Source: an uncultured delta proteobacterium (lineage in GTDB: Bacteria > Myxococcota > Kuafuiibacteriia > Kuafuiibacteriales > Kuafuiibacteriaceae). From it: a stretch of 64,000 bases of DNA. Position 1 is the stretch's first letter; every line of letters starts with the position of its first letter. The notes beneath the pieces are model-generated. The model saw only the letters and a program-made list of their open reading frames with translations. It searched no databases and was not told where the DNA came from. The stretch spans positions 96,001 to 160,000 of the forward strand of contig CAWDML010000014.1 of the NCBI GenBank assembly GCA_963803435.1, written 5' to 3'. Both the position numbers and the translations under genes were made by a program. Shown here piece by piece: positions 1-10,163 of the stretch.

Positions 1-458
1 GCGACGGCACGGTGAGGCTCACCAGCGCCGACCCGTTCTCCCGTCCCGCCATCGCGTTCAACTCCTTCGATTCAGAGGCGCCGCTCGACGATCCCGATCT
101 GGCCGCGCTGGTCACGGGCGTGAAGTTCATCCGCCGCGTGCGTGCGCGCCTGGTGGAGTCGTTCACGGGCGAGAACGTCCGGGAGATCTGGCCGGGCGTC
201 GAGGTCGCCACCGATCGCGAGATCGCAGAGCGCGTGCGCCGTGAGGCCTGGGGCCACCACGCCTGCTGCACCGATCCGATCGGCCGCCCCAGCGATCCGG
301 CCGCGGTGCTCGACGCGCGCTTCCGCGTGATCGGCTCCCGCGGGCTGCGCGTCGTCGACGCCTCCGTCTTCCCTGAGATCCCGGGCACCTTCATCGCGCT
401 CCCCACCTTCATGATCAGCGAGAAGGCCGCCGATCTGATCCTGGAGGACAACCCGTGA
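1..458 (+). CDS. GMC (glucose-methanol-choline) oxidoreductase, C-terminal part (truncated by window edge)
   Basis: WGHHACCT...AVLDARFRVIG...LRVVDASVFPEIPG...MISEKAADLI matches the GMC_oxred_C signature; the stop overlaps the next start (GTGA). Confidence 0.9.
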   Translation, partial: DGTVRLTSADPFSRPAIAFNSFDSEAPLDDPDLAALVTGVKFIRRVRARLVESFTGENVREIWPGVEVATDREIAERVRREAWGHHACCTDPIGRPSDPAAVLDARFRVIGSRGLRVVDASVFPEIPGTFIALPTFMISEKAADLILEDNP

Positions 459-1666
459 GCCGCGCCCTCCTCCTCGCCGCCGCGCTGCTCCCGGCGGCCT
501 GCGGCCCCGCCTTCGACGACGACTGCGAGCGCCTGGCGGCGGAGCTCGAACGCTGCGATCTCCCGCCCGCGCAGCTCGCCTGCGATCGCCTCGAGCCGCG
601 CGAGGTGCGCCTGCTGGTGGATCGCTTCGAGGAGCTCGAGTGCAGCGCACCCTTCACGGCCGGCGACGACAACCTCGACTTCGGCGTCTGCGAGCTCCTC
701 GGTTGGAAGTGTCCCGAGCCGTTGTTCGCGGTGCCGCCGGCGCAGCCCGCCGCCCATCCGTTCGTCTTCGTGGGCGGCATCGACGCCAGCGCCGGCCTCG
801 ACTGGAACCGGCGCATCCTCCAGGCCGTCACCACCATCGGGCCGAACGAGGTCCAGCAGGTCCAGCCGACGCCCTGGTCCATCCCGGAGGTCCGGGCGCG
901 CGATCTCTACGACGCGCTCGACGGGCTGGCCGGGGGGCGCCCGGACGTCCGCTTCAACCTGATCTGCTACGCGATTGCCGGGATCGACTGCCGCTTCCTG
1001 GTGAGCGAGGCCGGCCTCTTCGCGGACGATCCCCAGCGCCTGGGACGTGCGAGGGCGCTGGTCGCCTCGATCACCACGATCGCCACTCCGCACCTCGGGA
1101 CGGGCGTCGCCCAGGCAGCCCTGGATCTGGCCGACGGCGACGCGCGCGCCATCGTCACCGCGATCGCCGGCGGTGGAGCGCCCCCGGACCAGACAGCGCT
1201 CGAGGTCTCGCTGATGCGTCTGACCCCGGCGAGCATGCGCGCGCTCGACGCGCGCCTCACCGACGCGCCCGATATCTTCTACCAGTCGTTCGCCGGCGTG
1301 AGCCGCGTGCTCGGTCAACCGTTCGTCCCCTCCGAGGCCGGCCTGTTGCGCGACTGTCGCGACGCCGACGACAAGCTCCTACTGGCGCAGAGCGGCGACG
1401 GCTACGACGTGATGAGCCCGCTGCTGCTGCCGGCTGCGCCCTTCGCCGGCGACTCCGAGGGCGACAGCGCGGCGCTGCTCCGACCCTCCGACGGCATGGT
1501 CTCGGTGACGAGCGCCAAGTGGGGCGTGTTCCGCGGCTGCCTGCCGGCCGACCACTACGACCTGATCGGAGAGATCGGTGACCTGGGCCTGGACCCCAGC
1601 TCCGGGTTCGACGCCGCCGTCTTCTACCAGAACGTCGCGGTCGATCTGGCGCGGAGGGGCTTCTGA
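455..1666 (+). CDS. Lipoprotein, alpha/beta-hydrolase (lipase-like), nucleophile Ser replaced (probable pseudo-enzyme)
   Basis: Lipobox LPAA-C; Cys-rich N-terminal module; VASITTIATPHLG, SDGMV and ADHYD are lipase family I-like motifs; the nucleophile elbow reads CYAIAG instead of (G/C)HSxGG. Confidence 0.8.
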   Translation: MSRALLLAAALLPAACGPAFDDDCERLAAELERCDLPPAQLACDRLEPREVRLLVDRFEELECSAPFTAGDDNLDFGVCELLGWKCPEPLFAVPPAQPAAHPFVFVGGIDASAGLDWNRRILQAVTTIGPNEVQQVQPTPWSIPEVRARDLYDALDGLAGGRPDVRFNLICYAIAGIDCRFLVSEAGLFADDPQRLGRARALVASITTIATPHLGTGVAQAALDLADGDARAIVTAIAGGGAPPDQTALEVSLMRLTPASMRALDARLTDAPDIFYQSFAGVSRVLGQPFVPSEAGLLRDCRDADDKLLLAQSGDGYDVMSPLLLPAAPFAGDSEGDSAALLRPSDGMVSVTSAKWGVFRGCLPADHYDLIGEIGDLGLDPSSGFDAAVFYQNVAVDLARRGF

Positions 1667-2868
1667 TGCGCGCGCTCCTCCTCGCCCTCGCTCTGACCGG
1701 CTGTAACCGCGACCGCGAGCGGTTGTGCGACGACTTCCTCCGGGAGGCCCAAGCCTGCTTCGGCGATCAGTTCTCGGCCGTCGACTGCGATCAGATCAGC
1801 CAGGGCGACCTCGAGAACCTCACCCGCATCGCCCGCGATCTCGACTGCCAGGACGAGGGCTGGGCCCTCCCCTCGGACGGCGACTACCTGAGCGCGAGCT
1901 GCCGGCTCACCGGCGTCGGCTGCGTCGGGGCGATCAACGCGCTCCCGGAGTACGCGCCCACCCGCTATCCGATCGTGCTGGTCAACGGCATCGACGTCAC
2001 ACCGCTGTTCCAGTACGACCGCCGGATCGTCCGCACGCTCACCGACCTGAGCGGACAGGACGTCCACCTCGCGCTCGACACGCCCTACGAGACGCCCCAG
2101 CGTCGCGCGCTCGACCTGTGGGAGACGGTGAAGCGGGTCCGCCAAGAGACCGGCGCCGAACGTGTCAACCTGATCTGCCACTCGCTGGGCGGGCTCGACT
2201 GCCGCTACCTGGTGAGCCCCAACGGGCTGCGCTGGGACGTCGGGGCCGGCGAGGACGAGATCGCGGGCGCGGTCGCCTCCATCACCACGATCTCCACCGC
2301 GCACCGAGGTACGCCCGCGGCCGACGCCGCGCTCGGCTATCTCGCCGATGGCGACGCGCTCGACGCCTCTGCCCGGCTCGCCACCTCGCTCGGCGACGCG
2401 TTCACGCCGGAGGACCTGGCCGAGGACGTCCACCTGCGCGCCGCGATCCAGGCCCTCACCACGGACGCCGCCGCCGCCTTCAACGCGGGCGTGCCCGATG
2501 CGCCCGAGATCTACTACCAGTCCTACGCCGGCTTCAGCGCGGCGTTCGGCGTGCCCAAGCTGGGCGACGAGGAGCGGCTCGGCGAGCTCTGCCGCACCGA
2601 GGACGGCTCCGGGCTCGAGACCTTCCGCGGCAACTTCGACTATCTCGCGACGCTGCTGATCCCGTCCGCCGAGCTGATCGACGGGCCGAGCGACGGCCTG
2701 GCGCCGGTCGCCTCGGCGCGCTGGGGACACTTCCGCGGCTGCCTCCCCGCCGATCACATGGAGCAGCTCGGCGAGTACCGCATCCCCGAGGTCAACGTCC
2801 GCACCGGCTTCGACATCGCGCGCTTCTACGGCGAGGTGACCGCCGATCTGGCGAGGCGGGGGTTCTGA
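1666..2868 (+). CDS. Lipoprotein triacylglycerol lipase/esterase (alpha/beta hydrolase)
   Basis: Lipobox LTG-C; YPIVLVNG, CHSLGG (Ser), SDGLA (Asp), ADHME (His); paralog of the upstream gene, both ending DLARRGF. Confidence 0.85.
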   Translation: MRALLLALALTGCNRDRERLCDDFLREAQACFGDQFSAVDCDQISQGDLENLTRIARDLDCQDEGWALPSDGDYLSASCRLTGVGCVGAINALPEYAPTRYPIVLVNGIDVTPLFQYDRRIVRTLTDLSGQDVHLALDTPYETPQRRALDLWETVKRVRQETGAERVNLICHSLGGLDCRYLVSPNGLRWDVGAGEDEIAGAVASITTISTAHRGTPAADAALGYLADGDALDASARLATSLGDAFTPEDLAEDVHLRAAIQALTTDAAAAFNAGVPDAPEIYYQSYAGFSAAFGVPKLGDEERLGELCRTEDGSGLETFRGNFDYLATLLIPSAELIDGPSDGLAPVASARWGHFRGCLPADHMEQLGEYRIPEVNVRTGFDIARFYGEVTADLARRGF

Positions 2869-3179
2869 TGCGGGCGGAGCTCCTCGTCGTGCTGCTCCTG
2901 GCGGCCGGCTGCGGCGGCCCGGAGGCACCCGCGACGATCTGTGAGGCCGCCGAGGACGCCTTCCTCCGCTGCGGTGTCTCGGTCCCGCTGCTCGACGACG
3001 GTCCCTGCGCCGGCCTTCGCTACAGCGCCGCCGAGTGCATCATGGACCACGCCGACACCTGCCTCGACCTCGCCAAGCTCACGCGTCGCCCCGACACCTG
3101 CTTCGACATGCTGCTCGAGCCGCCCGATCTCGACGAGCCGTCCGAACCCCTCTTCCCCGACCAAGGAGGGGACTCATGA
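2868..3179 (+). CDS. Small Cys-rich lipoprotein
   Basis: ATG overlaps the previous TGA; MRAELLVVLLLAAG-C lipobox followed by six further Cys; the stop overlaps the ATG of the MMPL gene. Confidence 0.75.
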   Translation: MRAELLVVLLLAAGCGGPEAPATICEAAEDAFLRCGVSVPLLDDGPCAGLRYSAAECIMDHADTCLDLAKLTRRPDTCFDMLLEPPDLDEPSEPLFPDQGGDS

Positions 3180-5504
3180 CCATCGAGAAACTCCGGCGTC
3201 TGAGCCTCGATCATCCGGCCGCCACCATCGCGACGTTCGCCGCGATCACGCTCGCGCTCGGCGGCGGGGCGCTCCGCGCCAACTTCTCCACCGACTATCG
3301 GATCTTCTTCCCGCCCACCGATCCCAAGCTGATGGCGCTCGAGTCGCTCGAGAACGTGTTCACGAAGACGGACAACATCGCCTTCGTGGTGAAGCCGCGC
3401 TCGGGCGACGTCTTCCAGCACGAAGCGCTCTCTGCGATCGCCGAGCTGACGGAGGCCTCCTGGAAGCTGCCCGACGCCGTCCGTGTCGACTCGCTCACCA
3501 ACTTCCAGCACTCGTTCATCGAGGACGACGACCTGGTCGTCCGCGATCTCGATCCCCGCCCCCATCGAGGCCCTGACGCCGGGGGTCCTGGCCCATGATC
3601 GCGAGCTCGCGCTGGGTGAGCCGCTCCTGGTCGGCGGGCTCCTGGCCCGCGACGCAGGGGCCGCCGGGGTCAACGTGACGCTCCGCCTCCCCGCCCACAC
3701 CACGGAGGACGTCGCGATCGCCGCGGCCGCGGCCCGGCGGCTCCTCGGCGAGGTGGCGGCGCGGCACCCGGATCTCGAGCTGCGCGTGTCCGGCATGGCG
3801 ATGATGAACGACGCGTTCATGCACGCCTCCGTCCGCGACATGGTGGTCGTCTTTCCGATCATGGCGCTGATGATGCTGCTGGTCATGTGGTGGAGCCTGG
3901 GCAGCCGCTACGCCACCTTCTGCGCCGTCGTGATCGTGCTGATCTCCGCGGTGGCGACGCTGGGCGTGGGCGGCTGGCTCGGCTATCCGCTGACCCCGCC
4001 CTCGGCGGCCGCACCCACGATCGTCCTCCCGCTCGCGGTCGCCGACTCGATCCACATCATCGTGACGATGCGACAGCTGATGCGCACCGGCACCGATCAG
4101 AGGAGCGCGATCGTCGCGTCGCTCGGCACCAACATGAAGGCGGTGATCCTGACCAGCCTGACCACCGCGATCGGCTTCCTCTGCCTCAACTTCGCGGAGG
4201 CGCCGCCGTTCTGGCACCTCGCCAACATGACCGCCGCCGGGGTCACGTTCGCGCTGATCGCCGCCGTCTTCCTGCTGCCGGCGTTGCTCTCGCTGAGGCC
4301 CATCCCCCCCGCCGATCCGACGCGCGCGATCGCCCTCTCCCGCAGGCTGGCCGGCCTCATCGTCGCCGCCCGCACCCCGATCCTGGTGGTGGGCTTCGCG
4401 GTCACCGTGGTGCTGGGCGTCGCCGCCTCCCGGCTCGAGTCCAACGATCAGTTCCTCGACTACTTCGACGACTCGATCGCGTTCCGGCCCGACACCGAGT
4501 TCTTCATGAAGAACCTGACCGGCATCTACACGCTCGACTACCAGCTCGAGAGCGGCCGCGCCTCCGGCGTCTCCGATCCGACCTACCTGGCGACGCTCGA
4601 CCGGTTCTCCGACTGGCTGCGGCATCAGCCCGAGGTCCTCCACGTCTACACGATCACCGACGTGTTCAAGCGCCTGAACCAGAACCTCCACGACGACGAC
4701 CCGAGCTGGTATCGGGTCCCCGGATCGCAGGAGCTGGCGAGCCAGTACCTGCTGCTCTACGAGCTCTCGCTGCCCTTCGGCCTCGATCTCAACGATCGGA
4801 TCAACATCCAGAAGTCGAGCTCCCGCGTGACCGTCACGCTCGACAACCTCTCGAGCGTCGAGCTGGAGGCGTTCGCCGCCCGGAGCGAGGCCTGGCTCCG
4901 CGCGATCGCACCCGAGCCGATGTGGGCCCGCGCCATCAGCCCCGCGATCATCTTCTCGGACCTGGCGCGCCGGAACACGGCCGCGATGATCTTCGGGAAC
5001 ATGGCCAGCCTGCTCTTGATCGCGTTGTGCCTCGTCTTCGCCCTCAAGAGCGTGCGCCTGGGCCTGCTCTCGATGATCCCGAACGTCATCCCGATCGTGA
5101 TGGCATACGGGCTCTGGTGGCTGCTCGTCGGCAAGATCAACATCGTCTCCTCGGTGGCAGGATCGATCGCGCTCGGCCTGATCGTCGACGACACGATCCA
5201 CTTCCTCACCAAGTATCAGGCGGCCGTGAAGGACCTTCGCCTCGACGAGGAGGCCGCCGTCCGGATGGTGCTGGGCGAGCTCGGCCCCGCGATGGTCGCG
5301 ACCACCCTCGTGCTGGTCGGCGGCTTCAGCGTCCTGATCTTCGCCAGCTTCGAGATGACCTGCTACCTGGGCGCGTTCACCGCGCTCACTTGCTCGCTGG
5401 GCCTCATCGCCGATCTGACGATCCTGCCCAGCCTCCTCTTGGTCACCACCAGAAAGGTCAACTATGAGCCACTCCGTCTTGCTGACGCTCCTGCTCCTCG
5501 CTAG
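3176..5504 (+). CDS. MMPL/RND-family transporter (one frameshift near 3560)
   Basis: N-terminal part MTIEKLRR...VDSLTNFQHS continues in another frame; AVADSIH, TSLTTAIGF and GLIVDDTIHF are RND/MMPL motifs; two transmembrane halves. Confidence 0.88.
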
Positions 5505-6201
5505 CCCCGAGCAGGAGGGACAGAAGATCGCCCGCATGCTCGCCGAGAAGGCGGCCGGCTTCGGCGACCAGAGTCTCAACATCCATATGGAGCTCCACAA
5601 CGCCCACGGGCAGGAGGCCACCCGCGACCTGCGCGTGAAGATCCTGGAGCGCAAGGGCGAGGCACCGTACTCCCTGATCGTGTTCGACACCCCGCGCGAC
5701 GTCTCTGGCACCGCCCTCCTCTCGCAGGGAGAAGATCAATGGCTCTACCTCCCCGCCACCGGACGAAGCCGGCGCATCTCCTCCTCCAACCGTTCGGGCC
5801 CCTTCGCCGGGAGCGAGTTCTCCTACGAGGACCTCACCGGCGACGCCGGCAAGTACGCCTGGAAGCTGATGCGGACGCTGGCCTGCGACGGCGGCAAGCA
5901 GTGTTACCAGCTCGAGACCCGGCCCCGATACGAGGGCTCGGGATACACGCGGCGGATCCTGTACGTGGAGACCGATACGCTCCGCATCCAGAAGATCGAC
6001 TTCTTCGACCGAAAGGACGCACTGCTGAAGACGCTCTCCTATCAGGAGTATCAGACGCACGGGAAGTTCGAGCGGGCGCACCTTTGGGTGATGAAGAACC
6101 ATCAGAGCGAGAAGAGCACGCTGCTCCGCTTCGCCGACTTCAAGTTCGACAACGGCTTCTCGGAGGCGGACTTCAGCCAGGCGCGGCTGGAGCGACGCTA
6201 G
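5464..6201 (+). CDS. Outer-membrane lipoprotein-sorting (LolA-like) periplasmic protein
   Basis: Signal peptide; DQWLYLPA...RRISS...FAGSEFSYEDL...KIDFFDRK...LLKTL is typical of the LolA-like proteins found beside MMPL genes. Confidence 0.85.
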   Translation: MSHSVLLTLLLLASPEQEGQKIARMLAEKAAGFGDQSLNIHMELHNAHGQEATRDLRVKILERKGEAPYSLIVFDTPRDVSGTALLSQGEDQWLYLPATGRSRRISSSNRSGPFAGSEFSYEDLTGDAGKYAWKLMRTLACDGGKQCYQLETRPRYEGSGYTRRILYVETDTLRIQKIDFFDRKDALLKTLSYQEYQTHGKFERAHLWVMKNHQSEKSTLLRFADFKFDNGFSEADFSQARLERR

Positions 6202-6204
6202 CGA

Positions 6205-7383
6205 GTGCTCCGCGCCGCGCTGCTGGTCCTCGTGCTCTCGGGCTGCGGGGCGACCTTCGAGTACCGCGGCTTCACCGCCGCGGACGGCCGCGCCTTCCCC
6301 TTCCGCCCCATCTCGCGCGACCAGGCCCGCGGCAACGGTGTGTCGCTGGTCGCCGCGCCCGAGGTCGCGCTCGCCAGCGAGAACGAGCACCACCTGGTCA
6401 CGCTCCGTCCGTTCCTCCGCCTCGATCCGATCGATCGCCAGCGCTCGCACTGGGACGTCCGTCGCGCCGACTACGTCCTGCACTCCGGAAGCCTCGAGCT
6501 GGGCCTGGGCGCCGGACAGTTCCGCTGGGGCGTGCTCGAGTCGTACAGCCTCGTGGACGTGATCAACCAGTCGGATTACGTCGAGGACCTCGATCGCTCC
6601 GAGAAGCTCGGCCAGCCCTACGCCGAGCTCGGCTTCCTCCCGGGCGACTGGGGGATCCGGCTCTTCGTGCTTCCGTACTTCCGCAAGGCGATCTTCCCCG
6701 GCGAGGAGGGACGCCTCCGCCTGGGCGGCGTCGTCGATCCCCACCAGGCGATCTACGAGACGCCGCTCGAGGAGTGGCAGCCGAGCTTCGCGCTGCGCGT
6801 GAGCGGTGCGATCGGCGAGGTCGATCTCGGGATCGGCTTGTTCAGCGGCGTCTCGCGGGAGCCGCGCTTCGTGGCACAGCTGACCGAGCCGACGATCGTC
6901 GCCGCTTACGATCTGGCGCACCAAGCGTCGCTCGATCTTCGATGGACGCACGATGCCTTCGCGCTGAAGCTCGAGACGATGGCCCGGCTGTGGTCCAAGG
7001 AGCTACGGTTCTTCTTCGCCGCCGGGGGTGGGATCGAGTACACGTTCTTCGACATCGCCGGCAGCGGCGTCGACCTCTCGCTGGCCGCCGAGTACCTGTT
7101 CGACGGCCGGCCGATCGAGGCGCCCGTGACGTTTTTCCAGAACGACGCGTTCCTGGGCTTCCGGATCGCCGTCAACGACACCGGGAGCACCACGATCACG
7201 GGCGGAGCCATCACGGACGTCACCGACCTGCGGACTTACCTGCGATTGGGCGTGAATCGCCGCTTCGACGCCCATTGGACCGTGAATCTCGAGCTCAACG
7301 CCTTCCTGGGAAACCGTAAGGGTCTGGAGAGCGCGCTCCTCGCCGACCACTACGGACAGTTGCGCATCGCCTACTTCTTCTGA
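6205..7383 (+). CDS. Putative outer-membrane beta-barrel partner of the MMPL/LolA-like module
   Basis: Signal peptide, amphipathic beta strands, WGVLES..LVDVINQ motif, C-terminal YFF; syntenic with the MMPL and LolA-like genes. Confidence 0.7.
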   Translation: MLRAALLVLVLSGCGATFEYRGFTAADGRAFPFRPISRDQARGNGVSLVAAPEVALASENEHHLVTLRPFLRLDPIDRQRSHWDVRRADYVLHSGSLELGLGAGQFRWGVLESYSLVDVINQSDYVEDLDRSEKLGQPYAELGFLPGDWGIRLFVLPYFRKAIFPGEEGRLRLGGVVDPHQAIYETPLEEWQPSFALRVSGAIGEVDLGIGLFSGVSREPRFVAQLTEPTIVAAYDLAHQASLDLRWTHDAFALKLETMARLWSKELRFFFAAGGGIEYTFFDIAGSGVDLSLAAEYLFDGRPIEAPVTFFQNDAFLGFRIAVNDTGSTTITGGAITDVTDLRTYLRLGVNRRFDAHWTVNLELNAFLGNRKGLESALLADHYGQLRIAYFF

Positions 7384-7396
7384 CTCAACTCGGAGG

Positions 7397-8269
7397 ATGG
7401 AAAGGGTCAGACGTCTGTCGGCCTTCTGGAACTGGCTTCCGGCGTTTCGCGCGGTCGCGGAGCTCGAGCACCTCCCGTCCGCGGCGGAGGAGTTCCGGGT
7501 GAGCGCCTCCGCGCTGTCGCGCTCGGTTCGCCAGCTCGAGGAGCACCTCGGGCTCGAGCTGTTCGATCGAGAGGGCCGGCTGCTCCTCAACGACTCGGGC
7601 CGGCAGATGCTCCGCGTCCTTCGACGCGCCATGCGGATCGTCGACGACGGGGTCGAGAGCATCACCTCGAGGGAGCTGGTCGGCCCCGTCCGCATCGCCG
7701 CCCGCGGGTCGTTCGCCTCGATCTTCCTGGTGCCCGCCATGTCGTCGCTCCGGAGGGAGCATCCCAAGCTGGTGCCCGAGGTGACCTCGATGTCCTCCCT
7801 CAACGTCAGCGCCGAGCTTCAGGCCGGGCACATCGATCTGGCGGTGCTGGACGATCCGATCCCCGAGGCCGACCTGGTGGTCGAGCGCCTCGCCGAGATC
7901 ACGTACGGCGTCTATTGCGGGCGCGGGCATCCGCTGTTCGAGACCACCGATCCGACGCCCGGACAGATCCTGGCCCACTCGTTCGTCGGTCCCATGGTCG
8001 AGCAGAACGACCACTGGCCGCCCGACGTCAGCCGCGTGATCGGCGCGCGCTTCGAGGTCCTGCACCACGGCCTCGAGGTCTGCGCCGCCGGCGGCTATCT
8101 GGCCGTGCTGCCGGATCGGGTGGCCCGGGCGTGGTCGGCGCCCTTGCGGCGGCTGTCGTTCACCGGGCTCAAGCCCACGACCGTGTACGCCATCTATCGT
8201 GAACCGCTCGGCGATCAGAACCGCGTCGAGATCGTCCTCGATGCGATGCGCCGGGCGGGCGGCGCCTGA
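7397..8269 (+). CDS. LysR-family transcriptional regulator
   Basis: FRAVAE...SAAEEFRVSASALSRSVRQLEEHLGLELFDR helix-turn-helix; GGAGG RBS upstream. Confidence 0.93.
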   Translation: MERVRRLSAFWNWLPAFRAVAELEHLPSAAEEFRVSASALSRSVRQLEEHLGLELFDREGRLLLNDSGRQMLRVLRRAMRIVDDGVESITSRELVGPVRIAARGSFASIFLVPAMSSLRREHPKLVPEVTSMSSLNVSAELQAGHIDLAVLDDPIPEADLVVERLAEITYGVYCGRGHPLFETTDPTPGQILAHSFVGPMVEQNDHWPPDVSRVIGARFEVLHHGLEVCAAGGYLAVLPDRVARAWSAPLRRLSFTGLKPTTVYAIYREPLGDQNRVEIVLDAMRRAGGA

Positions 8270-8366
8270 CCGCCGAGGTGTAGCCTCGGCCGCGCACGTC
8301 GTCAGGATCACGCGTAATCGCAACGTAACTGCCCTTGGCGCCAGGGTGAGCAACGCTCCTCCCACG

Positions 8367-10163
8367 ATGACAGATGGCGTGACGACCCGTCGTTCCTTCA
8401 CCACGATCAACCCGGTCCGGCCCGAGGATCGGAAGACGCTGAAGACGGACGCAAAGACGCAGATCGAGCAGGCCGCCGAGGTGGTCTCCGCTCCTGCCAA
8501 CCGACCCACAGCGCAGAGCGCGCTCGATGCCCGGCGCGGCCTCCGCTACGATCCGACGCTCCAGCAGCTCCAGAGCCGCTTCAACAACCAGGTCCCGAAG
8601 GTGGACGAGAGCGGTGGGACGGTCACCATCACCGGCAGCGACGAGTCGGACCGCATCCGCATCCAGCAGGATCAGGATCAGATCCACGCCTACTACACCG
8701 ACGCGAACAACGAGGAGCAGCTCCTCGGCGAGTGGAACGCCGACGACGTCGTCGAGATCCGCGTCGACGGCGGGGATGGGGACGACGTCATCATCGGCGA
8801 GGACGTCGACGATCGCGTGACCCTCGGCGGCGGCGCGGGCGACGACCGCATCATCAACCAGGGCGGCACGGAGCGGACGGATCGCTCCGCCACTCTCGAC
8901 GGAGGCGAAGGCGACGACCTGATGATCAACACGCGCACCGGCGCGACGATCCAGGCCGGCGCGGGCGCCAACGAGATCTACAACTCCGGCGATCTCTCGA
9001 CGATCGGCGGCGAGGGCGACGGCGTCGACAGCGAAGACACGGTCTTCAATGCGGCCGATGGTGTCGACGTCTCCTACGAGAACCAAGGCGGCCACCAGAT
9101 CACCAGCCTCGGCGACCTCAACGACATCAAGACCGCGGGCGAGGGCGGCTCGGTCAACGTCGTCGGCGACCAGAACCGCACCACGCTCAACGGTCGGTTC
9201 AACGACGTCACGGTCCAGGGCGACGAGAACGCGACCGTCGGCAAGACCGGAGACAACTCGGTCCGCGTGGCTGGCCAGGGAAACGGCGTCGATCTGATCG
9301 GCACCGGCAACAACATCGACATCAACGGCGACCAGAACGTGGTGGCCACCGACAACGCGGCCGGCATCCTCCTCGACAACTTCGATAAGCTCGACGCAGA
9401 CGGCGATGGCGTGCTGCTGCCGGAGGAGATCAAGCAGATCCCAGGGGCCGAAGACATCGCGGGCGCCACCGACTCGTTGATGTTCGCCACTATCCAGGAT
9501 GGGAGCAACGCGTGGCACGGGCTCTCGCGCGAGGATCTCCAGACGGTCGCCGACCGCATGTACAAGGGAGAGTCGCTCGATCAGATCAGCCAGGATCTTC
9601 GAGAGAATTCCTGGCTGGGCCAGCAGCTGACCGCCAGCGGACAGCCGGTCAACGCGGACACGTTCGGCGAGGCCGTCAACCGGTATCGACAGGACAACCC
9701 GCGCCCCGATGTCGATCCGATGACGCTCACGCCGATGCTCGACGCGAACACGATCGGCGTCTGGGGCGATCAGAACCTGGTCGCCGCCCCCGGACCGAAC
9801 ACGTGGCTCGGATACGAGGGCTCGGGCAACACGATCAACGTCGGCGGACAGAGCGCCGTGGCCGGAGCCGGCGACTTCAACCAGGTCAATCTCGGCGGAC
9901 CGAACAGCATGCTCGCGTTCCAGGGCTCCGGCAACGCCATCAGCTCCGGCGATGGAAACTCGGTGCTGGGCGTCGGCGACTTCAACACGATCGAGTCGGC
10001 GGGCCGGAACCTCATCGAGGTCGAGGGCAACAACATGGTGAACGGCCAGCTCCAGACGGCCCTGGCGCCGTACTTCGCGACGCTGGCCCCCGACCAGGGA
10101 ATGCCGCCCGATCTGCTGATCGCGTCGCTGCTCCAGCAGAGGGGTGAAGGGGAGCAGGCATGA
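8367..10163 (+). CDS. Acidic calcium-binding repeat protein (RTX-like GGxGDD repeats, EF-hand, GxxN beta-helix-like repeats)
   Basis: DGGDGDDVIIG, GGGAGDDRIIN, DGGEGDDLMIN; DKLDADGDGVLLPEE; no Sec signal; start codon uncertain. Confidence 0.72.
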   Translation: MTDGVTTRRSFTTINPVRPEDRKTLKTDAKTQIEQAAEVVSAPANRPTAQSALDARRGLRYDPTLQQLQSRFNNQVPKVDESGGTVTITGSDESDRIRIQQDQDQIHAYYTDANNEEQLLGEWNADDVVEIRVDGGDGDDVIIGEDVDDRVTLGGGAGDDRIINQGGTERTDRSATLDGGEGDDLMINTRTGATIQAGAGANEIYNSGDLSTIGGEGDGVDSEDTVFNAADGVDVSYENQGGHQITSLGDLNDIKTAGEGGSVNVVGDQNRTTLNGRFNDVTVQGDENATVGKTGDNSVRVAGQGNGVDLIGTGNNIDINGDQNVVATDNAAGILLDNFDKLDADGDGVLLPEEIKQIPGAEDIAGATDSLMFATIQDGSNAWHGLSREDLQTVADRMYKGESLDQISQDLRENSWLGQQLTASGQPVNADTFGEAVNRYRQDNPRPDVDPMTLTPMLDANTIGVWGDQNLVAAPGPNTWLGYEGSGNTINVGGQSAVAGAGDFNQVNLGGPNSMLAFQGSGNAISSGDGNSVLGVGDFNTIESAGRNLIEVEGNNMVNGQLQTALAPYFATLAPDQGMPPDLLIASLLQQRGEGEQA

